In this document: positions 42,140 to 57,330 of the stretch, piece by piece
How positions within the stretch are numbered: position 1 is the stretch's first letter
Layout of the letters: every line of letters begins with the position of its first letter
Assembly (NCBI GenBank): GCA_964016885.1
Contig: OZ024742.1
Span: 263,500,001-263,564,000 of the forward strand
Direction of reading: 5' to 3'
From: Eledone cirrhosa
Taxonomy: Eukaryota
Length of the DNA: 64,000 nt
Made by a program: the position numbers and the translations under genes
The notes under the pieces: generated by a model
Told to the model about the DNA's origin: nothing
Seen by the model: only the letters and a program-made list of their open reading frames with translations
Databases searched by the model: none

Positions 42140-42523
42140 ATATATACATATATATACATGCACACATATATATATGTACGTATGGGTTTACCGAACATTT
42201 ATTATAATGTTCGGTTTGTTTATATGTATATATATACTTTCAAACATTCAATCATCTGACAAGAAGGTATACGATGCTGACGATAGCTAATAAGCTTGAA
42301 ACTAGTTCATCGTTCCTTTGTCAGTGTTGAACAAAAGGGCGACGATGGTTGCCGAACACTGTACGGCTTAATTCGGGCTGTTTGTTTACAAACAAACTGA
42401 ACATTATAATAAATGTTCAGTAAACCCATACGTACATATATATATGTGTGCATGTATGTATATATATATATATATACTACTGTACGTCTGTATACATATA
42501 TGTATGTACGTATACATACTTAC

Positions 42524-42525
<2 letters not shown>
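42140..42525 (+). mobile_element. Second family A copy, with 5' inverted segment
   Basis: 42232-42525 matches 1555-1855; about 42140-42231 is the reverse complement of its own 3' part (gtacgtatgggtttaccgaacatttattataatgttcggtttgttt). Confidence 0.8.
42271..42313 (+). ncRNA. Minimal type I hammerhead ribozyme motif (family A)
   Basis: ACGATG-CTGACGA-TAGC taataa GCTT-GAAA-CTAG-TT-CATCGT. 6-bp stem I, palindromic stem III ACTAGT. Confidence 0.75.
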
Positions 42526-42614
<89 letters not shown>

Positions 42615-42616
<2 letters not shown>

Positions 42617-43041
42617 AAGGTTAAACAAGGTTAAATGAATAAATCAAAGAATGAGTTTTACAATAGATTGGAAGCACTCAACAGTATGGTTTTCCAGAGT
42701 TATTAATATTAATTCAAAATATTAACAAAAAATAGACATTCGTGTGATCAAGTATATTTTATTATACATATTTCAGAGGTACTGAGCTAACTTCCACAGT
42801 ACGTCCTCATCAGATAAAATAAGATGATGCATGACATACCCTGACATAGTAGATGATTACGATTCAGTCATGATACTACCATGACTAAATCTTAACCATC
42901 TACTATGTCAGGGTATGTCATGCATCATCTTATTTTATCTGATGAGGACGTACTGTTGAAGTTAGCTCAGTACCTCTGAAATATGTATAATAAAATATAC
43001 TTGATCACACGAATGTCTATTTTTGTTAATATTTTGAATTA
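42615..43041. mobile_element. Fold-back element (~165-bp arms) with a complete family C hammerhead on each strand
   Basis: 42710-43041 is palindromic. Plus motif 42931-42997: TATTTTAT-CTGATGA-GGACGTACTG..CAGTACCTCT-GAAA-TATGTA-TA-ATAAAATA; mirror copy at 42755-42821; GCACTCAA at 42674. Confidence 0.85.
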
Positions 43042-43044
43042 CCA

Positions 43045-43611
43045 CTCTCTCACAACCACTGTCTCTTTCTCTCTATCCTTCTCTCTCTCTGTTTATGAAG
43101 GTACCCAGAAAAACCCCATATCTCAGGAATCCGTGGTCCGATTTACGCGAAACTTGTTTTATTCCATTTGTATTCCCATTTCAGGGTCAACTTCTTTTCA
43201 AAGTATTTTCCTATTTGGCTGTATTACAGACAAGCATGCAAGAAAGCAAGCAAGCAATCACAGACTTTTAGTATTATACTAGCAGAATGGCCCAGCGTTG
43301 CTCGGTTCTAAACATAGATTGGCTTGTTTATCCCTCCTTTCTGAAACAGTTTCGTCGTATGTTCACCAATTAATGCAGAAGTCCTAATAAAAAGTGAAGT
43401 CGCCTTGGGTGAATAAGCAAATAATTTTCCATTAAGATTTTTCAAAAGCATGTAATTGCGTTCCCTCTCTTTTTGTTATTGTTTTTGCTGCTGTTGGTGT
43501 GATAGCAGCCGCTGGTCGTAGTACTAACACAGTCTTGTCTGCCCTTTTGGCTGTATTACAGACAAGCAAGCAAGCAATCACAGACTTTTAGTATTATATA
43601 GATAGATAGAT
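43045..43611 (+). mobile_element. Helentron/DINE-1-type non-autonomous element, partial tandem
   Basis: Unit begins actagcagaatggcccagcgttgctcgg (43278) and ends (caag)n-caatcacagacttttagtattatatagat; the same end occurs at 43240-43280. Confidence 0.6.
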
Positions 43612-43869
43612 TATCACGTGTAATTTCGTTACCAAGCAATGACGTGTTTCGCGACATGAACAGATCCAAATAAGGTTTCATTCAAAAATTCCTCCAAAGA
43701 CGAACATTTTCCAGCAGCTGCAATGGTGATTTTTCTTACTGTGTCTCTCTCAATAACGCAACTGAGGTGCATCATTTCTTAATCCTCTCTCCCACTGTAA
43801 ATAGTGGCCTGTCATTCTTCTTACACAGTAACACACACATACGTATATATATATGTAACACACACATAC

Positions 43870-44058
<189 letters not shown>

Positions 44059-44200
44059 CACACACGCAACCACACACACACACTCATATATATATATATC
44101 TACACTTGCACAAATGCAGTAATACAAACACAAAATCGCACACACTTAAGTATATATACATTTATTAATATACTCATACATATGTACATACGCAAAATAC

Positions 44201-44297
<97 letters not shown>

Positions 44298-44448
44298 TGT
44301 GTGCGTATGTGTGTGTATGTGTGTGCGTGCGCGTTGTATTAACTAGGTGTGTAACAACAGTTACAGGCGGTGCGCCATTTGAAGCACGCAATACTGTTAC
44401 GAGGTCTGTTTCGTTTGAGTTGTATTCCATTGTTACGGCTGTAGTGTG

Positions 44449-44907
44449 AAGAGTGTAGATATATTTCAAAAGAGTGAAAGTCCGTGTTGAAGCACATGTA
44501 CAGTCTTTATTTGCATATTACAATTGTTTCGATATTGATCAGTTCAGAGTACAGTCAATGTGACGGGGCCCGACTCGAGAATTCGAAAAAGAGTCGGGCT
44601 CAGTTACCTTGACTGTACCCAGAGCTGATTGATATCGAAACAATTGAAATATGAAAATAAAGTTTGTAATAAAGTCAGTGCTGCAGTATGTGTACAAACT
44701 TTATTTACATATTACAATTGTTTCGATATCAATCAGCTCTGGGTACAGTCAAGGTAACTGAGCCCGACTCTTTTTCGAATTCTCGAGTCGGGCCCCGTCA
44801 CATTGACTGTACTCTGAACTGATCAATATCGAAACAATTGTAATATGCAAATAAAGACTGTACATATGCTTCACTCTTTCACTCTTTTGAAATCTATCTA
44901 CACTCTT
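44449..44907. mobile_element. Palindrome of palindromes containing four copies of a hammerhead 3' half
   Basis: 44449-44668 / 44693-44907 are inverted, and each arm is itself a hairpin. GAAA-CAATTG-TA-ATATG occurs four times in alternating orientation (one copy mutated). Confidence 0.85.
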
Positions 44908-45226
44908 ATATATATATATATATATTTATATGCACATAAATATATGTACGCATGTATGTGAATTTGTGTTTTCTATACAAACATATATACACATACACAT
45001 GTACACATGTGTGTGTGTGTACATGTACATGTGTGTGCCTGTGTGCATCGTTAGCTGTATGCTAACATGGAATGTTATTAAACGAAGTAAAATATAAAAT
45101 AAAAAAAAACAAGGGAAAAAGGTCTTAAAACTCTATTGTATATAATTTTAATAGAATTAGACTTGCATATGTTAAGATATGATATATTTCTGAATAAGAT
45201 ACTCCAATTAACTAGAAACTGCAAAT

Positions 45227-45289
<63 letters not shown>

Positions 45290-45374
45290 CAGACATACAT
45301 ATACACACACACATATATATACATAAATTTATGTATTTATATATTCTTCAGATATACGCTGTGTTTTGGCATAC

Positions 45375-45527
<153 letters not shown>

Positions 45528-46115
45528 GAAACGGAAGAAAAATAATACAATTGAAATAAATCCCACTAACTTCAGTGAAAAGAAAAATAAATGAGACAGA
45601 CTAGTTCAAAATAGACCAATGGAAGCTCTATTTTGTGATTTCATTAATCGGCTGACATGTTGGATTATTTTCCTTTCCTTTTGTCAAGAAGGCTTTTATT
45701 TGCTGTTATTTCCGGAATTGCAGTTATTTCCGGGGAAGTCACGATTTTCTCCGGGCAGTATTAGGTAAGCATGTATGTCTATAGATACTCAAAGTAGAGA
45801 TATAAGGCAGCCTCAGCTTCTATATAAATCTAATAAATAAAATCTAATACATATATTCAGTACTTTTTTTCTATTGTATAAATTCAAACGAGTCAGCGCA
45901 AGCACACACACAAGCATAAGTGTGTATATACACAATAAAAATGAATATTCTATACTTTGTTTCTATATTCTATACTTTGTTTCAAACGCATCATCGTGCG
46001 CACGCACATACACACTCAGTCACACACAGACGTATGCATATATACAAAAAATTCACTCTTATATATATATGCATTCGTTCATGCACACATATACGTACTT
46101 ATATTACATATATAC

Positions 46116-46187
<72 letters not shown>

Positions 46188-46322
46188 TAGAAGTAACTCT
46201 AACATAGCGAGGCTCATAATATGGGTGTATATGAAAGTATATACTATGTGTTTATGCACTAATGCGTTGACATTAATATTTTAAGCTGTGATCATGTCAC
46301 AGTGATCCCAGTAGTCGAGGAG

Positions 46323-46367
46323 AATATGAGACATGTTTCTGGATTTTTATCCCTCATCAGTGACATT
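46323..46367 (-). ncRNA. Minimal hammerhead motif
   Basis: Minus strand AATGTCA-CTGATGA-GGGAT aaaa ATCCA-GAAA-CATG-TC-TCATATT. Palindromic stem III ACATGT, GUC triplet, one mismatch each in stems I and II. Confidence 0.7.
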
Positions 46368-46439
46368 TACTCACTCGATACAGAGATAAGAAAAAATTGA
46401 AAGCTGATATGCTTTTTTTCATGTGAAACACTGACTGCA

Positions 46440-46850
46440 TATATGGTGGAATGACTGGAGTTTCTGGTTACCTGGAACACAGGAGCATGATATGGGATGC
46501 CACCCAGAGAGCGAAAGAGAATAAGATAGATTTGGATGTGGTTGAGTTGGATTTGACAAATGCCTGTGGTTCTGTACCTCACTAGATGATACAAATGTCT
46601 CTCCCGCTGTACCACGTCCCAGAGGGGATATGCAAGGTACTCGGCTCATACTTCAATCAATTCCAGATGCAGTTCAGCACCAGAGACTACACAACTGATT
46701 GGGCTCGATTTGAAGTGGGAATTGCAAAGTGATGCATAATTTCACCAATACTCTTTATTCAGATAATGCAGGTGTCATTCAGAGCTGTAAAAACAAGGTA
46801 AAGCCAGCTGAGCTGGGTGAAGAATGTGAGATATACCACCACTTAAAGTC
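46440..46850 (+). pseudogene. RT fragment of an RLE-type (HERO-like) non-LTR retrotransposon
   Basis: Translates GGMTGVSGYLEHRSMIWDATQRAKENKIDLDVVELDLTNACGSVPH*...FEVGIAK*CIISPILF, with stops. Confidence 0.75.
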
Positions 46851-46993
46851 TTTTGACATCCACATGGATGTCATACTGTCGTCTAGTTTCAATATTTTAT
46901 AAATTTTCACAAATAGAAAGGAAGCCGGTTTCTAGTATAGAGGCAAGACTTTCATTGGAATTTAGATATCTACTAGGTAAATACGCGTGTATA

Positions 46994-47066
<73 letters not shown>

Positions 47067-47099
47067 GTATGAATGCTATTTCATGTACGTTTTGAGTTA

Positions 47100-47815
47100 T
47101 ATGTTTACACATGTCTGTTTCGGTATCTATACATGTGTATATGCAGTTATTACATACTGAATTTCTGAAATGTTTTACATATCTGTACAGTTCCATTATT
47201 AACTGTACTTGCAGCTTCCTAACTAGCCGTGCTCTTTCTGGTTCTGTGAAGCCCAGGCCAATATAACCTAGACCCCCAATAATCACTGGTACAAATCTAA
47301 AGGTATAGTTACGGTGGAGTATTTGAAGATGCCTCATCAGTTCTGCATAGATATTCTCCTTTTAACACTATATTAAACACTATATTGAAATCTGCTGGGC
47401 AGCTGATTTTCTCTACTGTGCATGCCTTCTTTTCCCTGTCCCATATAATTATATCTGGTCTTTTATTCTTGCATTTTATTGGGGTTTTGACTGGAACATT
47501 CCAACAGTACTCTTTCATATTATGTATGCATATGCGCTCCACATCACTATAACTTTTTATATGTTTATTCTCACAACTATCCATTCTATGGATTGCATTG
47601 TATAGTGTTTTGGCCACTACACCATGCTTCGTAGGTAAATTGTATGATGACGATATCTTTGGACAGCTGCTTATGACATGGGTGACATCTGTGATGTTTT
47701 TCCGCAGTCTGTATCTGTCCTCACATCTAGGTGTTTTGCCTGCATCCCTATCTCTTTTGTGCATCACGCATTTTGTTGTTATTTCTTGTTCTTGGAATGC
47801 AAAGGCGTATCCTTC
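47100..47815 (-). pseudogene. 3' part of an R4/Dong-like retrotransposon (decayed zinc knuckle + restriction-like endonuclease)
   Basis: AFQEQEITTK...DVTHVISSCPKISSSYNLPTKHGVVAK...KRPDIIIWDREKK...ISCPAD...VPVIIGGLGYI; abuts (TATG)n. Confidence 0.75.
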
Positions 47816-48276
47816 TATGTATGTATCTATACATACATACATACATACATGTATGTATGTATGTATGTATGTATGTATGTATGTATGTATGTATGTATGT
47901 ATGTATGTATGTATGTATGTATGTATGTATGCATGCATGTATGTATGTATGCATATATGAATGTATGTATGTGTGCATGTATGTATGCGTGCTTGTGTTT
48001 CTATGTATGTGTGTGGGTGCTTGTAAACCGCACCAGTGTATCTAACCCATAACAACCTATCAAATATTTTTGCTAGAAATCTCCAGTGTTTATTGAATAT
48101 ATAAACATAATAGTATGTCATCTGGTTATTTTACTTTTGTTTTATATCAAGCAACATTTAAAAAACTGATATCCTATAAATTAAGTGGAAGATGCCTTGG
48201 GTATATTGCGAGACTATATAAAATCAACAACATCAACAAAAACAATAACAGCAACAATAATAGTGCTACTACTAAT

Positions 48277-48760
48277 AATAATTGTTTCTACTTTTGGCAC
48301 AAGGCCAGCACAAGGCCAGCAATTATCCAGTGTATTACTGCTACTTTATTTTATCGACCCCCGTAAGGATGAAAGGCAAAGTTAACCTCGGCGGGATTGG
48401 AACTTAGACTGTAAAGGACCGTAACTCTATGCTGCAAAGCATGGCGTCCGATTCTCTACCGATACTGCCAATCCACCGCCCTACTGCCAATACTGCCGAT
48501 ACTACCGATACTGCCAATCCACCAGCTACTACTACTAATAATAATGATTTTAAATAATAGTGATGATGATGATAATAATAATTGTTTCTATTTTAGGCAC
48601 AAGGCCAGCAATTATCCAGTGCATTACTGGTACTTTATTTTATCGACCTCGTAAGGATGAAAGGCAAAGTCAACCTCGGCGGGATTCGAACTCAGATCGT
48701 AAAGGGACGTAACTATGCTGGAAAGCATGGCGTCCGACCCTCTACCGATACTGTCAATCC
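48277..48760 (-). mobile_element. Two SINE copies (48277-48480, 48577-48760)
   Basis: Same SINE motifs. Confidence 0.85.
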
Positions 48761-49017
48761 AATAATAATGATAATAAAAACAATATGCCATCGCGTGGTA
48801 AATGGCTTGTTTTAACATTCATTATTCATAAAAGATTTCCTAAAATTTTTCAAAAACTGTCATTTTCAGTAGAAGTAAAATGATGCTTGTTCTAGTGGAC
48901 TATCTCTGAAGAAGAAGAAACCAGACACAAACACTAAAAAAACAAAAACAACCACAATGATAAAAAACGAAAGAACATTAAAACCGAAATCCATCAATAC
49001 AATTGGAGTACATAACG

Positions 49018-49150
49018 GATTATATTTAAATATTATCATTATATAGGAAACATTTTATCGACCCCGTAAGGGGTCGATAAAATAAAGTATCAGTAATGCA
49101 CTGGGTAATTGCTGACCTTGTGCCTAAAGTAGAAACAATTATATAGGAAA
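49018..49150 (+). mobile_element. 5'-truncated SINE with short 5' inversion and 13-bp target-site duplication
   Basis: ATTATATAGGAAA on both sides; attttatcgacccc-gtaa-ggggtcgataaaat hairpin at the 5' junction; SINE 3' end follows. Confidence 0.75.
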
Positions 49151-50202
49151 AATCAACATTATCAGGCCCACAGCTATACTATAATAGTCCAGTGATAATT
49201 TGACTGGCTTTGTGTTATACAACTGAATAATGTCGCTTGAGACAGTTCTGATGAGTAATGTTTCCTGATTTAGTCATTAACCACACGGTTATTAATCAAA
49301 TATACTGGCCACGTATCTATTTCATTCAGTCATTTTTAAGGGTAGAAACTTCAATCAAATCATGATTGGCACCTGTCTGCAGAATCCGCCAACTGGGAAC
49401 TTCACTCTACTCAGTAGGTGATTTAGAATAATATAGCTTTCAGCCATAATTATCTGTGTTTTTATCAGACATAGTATATGTAAAATGACATTATTCTATT
49501 TGAGAGATATTTTGCTGCGAACTTTAGTCGATTGAGCGTTCACATAGAGTCACCTTCGTTGAATTTTGTACAATGAATAAGATGGAGAAGATGGAGATAC
49601 TGTTTGGTTTCATAACTAGATTGATTAGGGCAACACCGAAGGTCGGGTGTTTATATAACGATTAAAAAAAGAATATACAGAGGAATGTCCCATTGTTATC
49701 TCCAGATACATGGAAAAACTTGAATTCGGAACTGAAAAGCTGTCAATTTTATTGTGCTACTGCTTTTCACGGTGATATTGCGCGGTACCATAAGCAGATG
49801 TCTTCTACCATAGTCTGGAATCGAAATTTGGCTGACGTGCAAGTTCGTCGTTGAGACTGTTCCTATTTTCGAGTGGTAGACTTAATTTGTCACCTTAACA
49901 CTATAACCTAGCACTAGAGTTACCTTTAGTGGAGACAACACTATTGCAAGCATTCGGTCCAGCTCTCCGGTCTTAGGAGAATTTCCACCCTTCCCCCCAA
50001 TAACCTTAGAGGCCTTGAAGAGATACGTGTGTGATGTACTTCCTCTTCTGACTATGCTAATAAAAATAAACGACAAAAAGAAAACTGTTTCTATTTAGCG
50101 CTTGGAGGAGTCAGCTGTTGAGTATTAACTGCCTTAGTACACAGACACCATGTAGTATAATCTTATATTGAATACTTTTTCCGACTCTAATATTAATATG
50201 TA

Positions 50203-50320
<118 letters not shown>

Positions 50321-50569
50321 ATAATAACCATTACAGAAGAGTTAAGGTTAGTTTAATGTAGATATAACTACAGTCTTTAAACTAGAAGCCGCGATAGAGA
50401 AATACTTATATACATATTTATTATTCAATTAATTACGTTGCCGAACGAATGCGTTCGAATCAGCATACAGGAGTTTAAACGAAAAAAACAATTCAACCTA
50501 ATAACAAATGTTTTGATAATCCTAAACGGAGAAAGCAGGCCTTGCTAACATAAATTTTTAGCATCAATT

Positions 50570-50654
50570 TTTGTAGATGTTGTAACGATTCTTTATATAA
50601 ATAAATATATATATATATATTTATTTATTTATATAAAGAATCGTTACAACATCT

Positions 50655-50659
<5 letters not shown>
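50570..50659. repeat. Palindrome centred on a short TA tract
   Basis: tttgtagatgttgtaacgattctttatataaataaata / tatttatttatataaagaatcgttacaacatctacaaa. Confidence 0.85.
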
Positions 50660-50747
<88 letters not shown>

Positions 50748-50904
50748 ATATATCTCATATGAAATAATACAGCCAATTTTCCACACAATACAATTAGTTA
50801 GCACCCCGAACGTTTAATTAGGAATATACTCACTTATTTCCTAATGTTCGTTGAGGGAGTTGGGATTTGGCCGGAGTATCGCTATTAGCTTTCTCCGATA
50901 ATGC

Positions 50905-50935
<31 letters not shown>

Positions 50936-50987
50936 CCAGGTGCGCTTTTCAAACCTTTTTAAAAATCATTTTCCTTATATAGCGTGA

Positions 50988-51064
<77 letters not shown>

Positions 51065-51425
51065 GCGCAAATGAACATAAAACAAGTAAACTTAGAAATC
51101 TGTTAAGGTAGTAAAGAGTAAACAAAATAACAGATCTGCTCATAGCAATCGAAAATACGGCAGCATCTAATTGTCAGACAACCATTGAGTTAGGAGAGAA
51201 GGTAAACAATGTGATAAATGGTAACAAAACAGTAAAGCAGGTAGAGTATAATGTGTTCTGGCTAGAATGACTACTTGACAGAACAGCGAAACAGTGCAAT
51301 GTTAATAGGTTAAAAAGTGTTGTGGGATGGCGGAGCATTCATCACAGATTTCTGGATTGTCTACGGTCAGTATCAAAACTACTCCCGTGGCCGCCACTGC
51401 TGCCACCACTACAATCACCACCCAA

Positions 51426-51481
<56 letters not shown>

Positions 51482-51869
51482 CACTACCACTACCACTACT
51501 ACTACTACTACCACTACTACTACTCCATATATTATCACCACTAATACCTCACCACAACAGCCAACACCACCACCATCACCACCATCATAGCCGCCATACA
51601 ACATCACAATTACACCAAACCAAACATGGATTTTCCACATGGCTAAATGACTTGCTAGAAACAGCAGCCAAATGTTCCACAAATCACACCCTACTGTATG
51701 AAATAGGGACACATTGGTTAACGTAGTCTTCGGTTCCATGCACGTATGAAAACAACGGGAGGATAACGATTGGATGAGGGTTGAGCTGGGGCTAAACTAC
51801 AACTACACCAAACATTCCCTCCTCACACAACACCCATCACCACCACTATCAACAGAACAGCCGGCTCGT

Positions 51870-52892
51870 GAAATTAACGCACAATTGGTTGAGTATTCCA
51901 TACTCAAGTGCACATTTAACATATTTCTCAGGAAGATGCAGCGTGACACAATAAGTGACAAGACCGGCCCTTTGAATTACAGGTACAACTCATTTTTGTC
52001 AATTGAGTGGGTTGGAATAAGGTGAAATAAAGCATGCCTCTCAACGATACAACACGTCGTCAGGAATTGCACTCACGCCCTCTGCTCAACGATACAACAC
52101 GTCGTCAGGAATTGCACTCACGCCCTCTGCTCAACGATACAACACGTCGTCAGGAATTGCACTCACGCCCTCTGCTCAACGATACAACACGCCGTCAGGA
52201 ATTGCACTCACGCCCTCTGCTCAACGATACAACACGCCGTCAGGAATTGCACTCACGCCCTCTGCTCAACGATACAACACGCCGTCAGGAATTGCACTCA
52301 CGCCCTCTGCTCAACGATACAACACGCCGTCAGGAATTGCACTCACGCCCTCTGCTCAACGATACAACACGCCGTCAGGAATTGCACTCACGCCCTCTGC
52401 TCAACGATACAACACGCCGTCAGGAATTGCACTCACGCCCTCTGCTCAACGATACAACACGCCGTCAGGAATTGCACTCACGCCCTCTGCTCAACGATAC
52501 AACACGCCGTCAGGAATTGCACTCACGCCCTCTGCTCAACGATACAACACGCCGTCAGGAATTGCACTCACGCCCTCTGCTCAACGATACAACACGCCGT
52601 CAGGAATTGCACTCACGCCCTCTGCTCAACGATACAACACGCCGTCAGGAATTGCACTCACGCCCTCTGCTCAACGATACAACACGCCGTCAGGAATTGC
52701 ACTCACGCCCTCTGCTCAACGATACAACACGCCGTCAGGAATTGCACTCACGCCCTCTGCTCAACGATACAACACGCCGTCAGGAATTGCACTCACGCCC
52801 TCTGCTCAACGATACAACACGCCGTCAGGAATTGCACTCACGCCCTCAGGACTGTGCGCCGGAAACCCCAACTACTAAGTCACGTGCCTTCA
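51870..52892 (-). mobile_element. tRNA-derived SINE (second family) with an internal tandem expansion
   Basis: Minus-strand head gaaggcacgtgacttagtagttggg...gtgagtgcaattcc; body matches related copies near 1960-2200 (+), 28790-29100 (-) and 39040-39320 (+). Confidence 0.65.
52040..52846. repeat. 45-bp minisatellite x 18
   Basis: ctcaacgatacaacacgYcgtcaggaattgcactcacgccctctg; units 1-3 have T and units 4-18 have C at the variable site. Confidence 0.95.
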
Positions 52893-53188
52893 CTATGTTT
52901 ATATAGTGTAGATACTATTTTATAGTACAACCAACTAAATATACTATATATTGTCAACCTCATACGAAGCAGCCAAATCAGCCTCAAGTCACACCTTGTC
53001 GTCTTGAAAAGGGAAGGAAACATCGTAAAATGTAGTCCTAGATACTGAATGCCCGAAATAAGGACCGCATGGGCATGACGAGAACGCCTTTGAAAGGCCT
53101 GCTCGGTTAGTTAAACTAATAAGATTTTGTGTAATTGTTCTTTGTCTTTGTCTTTTTTAGTCTTGAACTACACACACACACACGTGCG

Positions 53189-53258
<70 letters not shown>

Positions 53259-53802
53259 GGCAAGTATGCATGTGTATCCTGTACTACAAAATAGTATATT
53301 TATCCGTATAACTATATAGAACAGATTCTATTCTAAGCTCGAGTGTTCCTACCTACCTTTCAATAAATAGCTACATAGATACATACAATGAGAAAGAGAG
53401 AGGAAGAAAGCGAAGAGAGAGAGAGAGCGCGTGTGGGAGAGAGAAGGAGAGTGATAAAGCAAATGTTGAATGGAGAAAAAGTGAAAGAGCGAATGAGTGA
53501 CCTTATATTAGTAATAAATCTGTGACATAAGCAAAGCAGTTGGCACTTCCCCATGTTTCGTGGGTGAAGAGTTCGAATTTGATTGGGCAGCACTTCTGAA
53601 AACATAAAAAAAAACAACAAAGCAACAAAACGAAAACAGCAAAAAAGATTAAAAAAAAGCAATGAAGACAACGATATTAAGAAGAATACCATAAACTGTG
53701 AAAATGTTGTAAAAAGACAAAACAATAAGGTGATTAATTATAGGTTAATAACAATGTATTATGAGGTGCTGTAACAGTTGATGATGATGATGATGATGAT
53801 GA

Positions 53803-53835
<33 letters not shown>

Positions 53836-54559
53836 CTGTGTGTCTGTGTGTCTGTGTGTGTACGTTTGCTTTGGGAGAAACGAACGTGAACGAGGAGAAC
53901 ATTACCACCACCTCCACTACCACCACTAACAGCAACACTAACAACAACAACAATAGTTACTGCAAACCTAACAAAAGAACACCACTCGATTAGATAGGTT
54001 ACGTTTTAGATTTCTATAATATTGTTGAGAAAATCGACAAAATTATATGACAAAGTAATATGTATCGAAATTATTTGATGAAATAATAATTTGATAAAAT
54101 ATAATAACATCGATACGTCGAAATAATGATTATAGCAATGAAGTTATATCAATGAGACGAACATTTTGACGAATAACAATATAAATATTTAACAATAAAT
54201 TATGAATTCAATATAATTCAGTATAGGCGTGGTCGTCTAACGGCATTTGTTTAGACTTCGTTGTTCTCGTGTTTGATAGAGGATTAGTGGATTAGTGATA
54301 TTTGTGGATCTGAAAATGTCATATAGAAAATACGTTGATACAGGAAAAATATTGATTTGACTAAAATATAATGATTTAAAAAGTGCGGCATTTAGTTAGG
54401 ACTTAACGTTCTGAGTTCAAATTCCATCGGGATCAACCTTGTTTTTCATCCTTTCGGATGTACCAGTCAGGTAATGGGTTCGATGTAATTAACTTCTCTG
54501 TTACCCCTAAATTGCTGGCCTTGTGTGCCGAAATCAGAAACCATTATTAGGTCCGTGGC

Positions 54560-56700
<2,141 letters not shown>

Positions 56701-56789
56701 ACACGCGGATCAATGAGTACAACACTAGACATAACTGTCCCGCTGTCACTGCCGACCAAACACAATAGACGAATTCGATTTACAAACAT

Positions 56790-56921
56790 CGTCATCGCCA
56801 CATGTCGAAGGGGAACCATAGTCATCGCCACATGTCGAAGGGGAACCATAGTCATCGCCACATGTCGAAGGGGAACCATAGTCATCGCCACATGTCGAAG
56901 GGGAACCATAGTCATCGCCAC
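56790..56921 (+). repeat. 30-bp tandem repeat x ~4
   Basis: gtcatcgccacatgtcgaaggggaaccata units. Confidence 0.9.
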
Positions 56922-57279
56922 TGCTAATACCACTACTGTGCAGATATACCAGGCAGCTACGAACGTTGGTATTATACTCACCATTATAAATTAAACAATT
57001 TATTGTTATTTTAGATTATGTATTAATATTTTAAACTATTTAGTAACTAATACATATCAAATTCTTGTACAAAATTCACCATAGTGTATTATCTTCCCGT
57101 TGTATGTCAATCATAATTTATTTTCAGAATGAAATTGGAAACTACCATTAATGTATTCGTTAATTCAGTCTTTGTTATGTTTATTTTTGTAAATATTTGT
57201 CCAATAATATTGGCTCAAACTGTTGAAGGGCGTAGTTTTATATTTCGTATGATGCATTTTTTTTATATTGGTCACGCAC

Positions 57280-57330
<51 letters not shown>

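Noticed and set aside
50430-50470. Minus-strand CTGATTC-GAACG/CGTTC-GGCAACG hairpin
   Set aside because: Both core boxes are degenerate and there is no stem I.
52034-52906. 290-aa repeat ORF or CRISPR-like array
   Set aside because: A 45-bp unit without stops gives an ORF trivially; there are no unique spacers and no cas genes, and the array lies inside a SINE.
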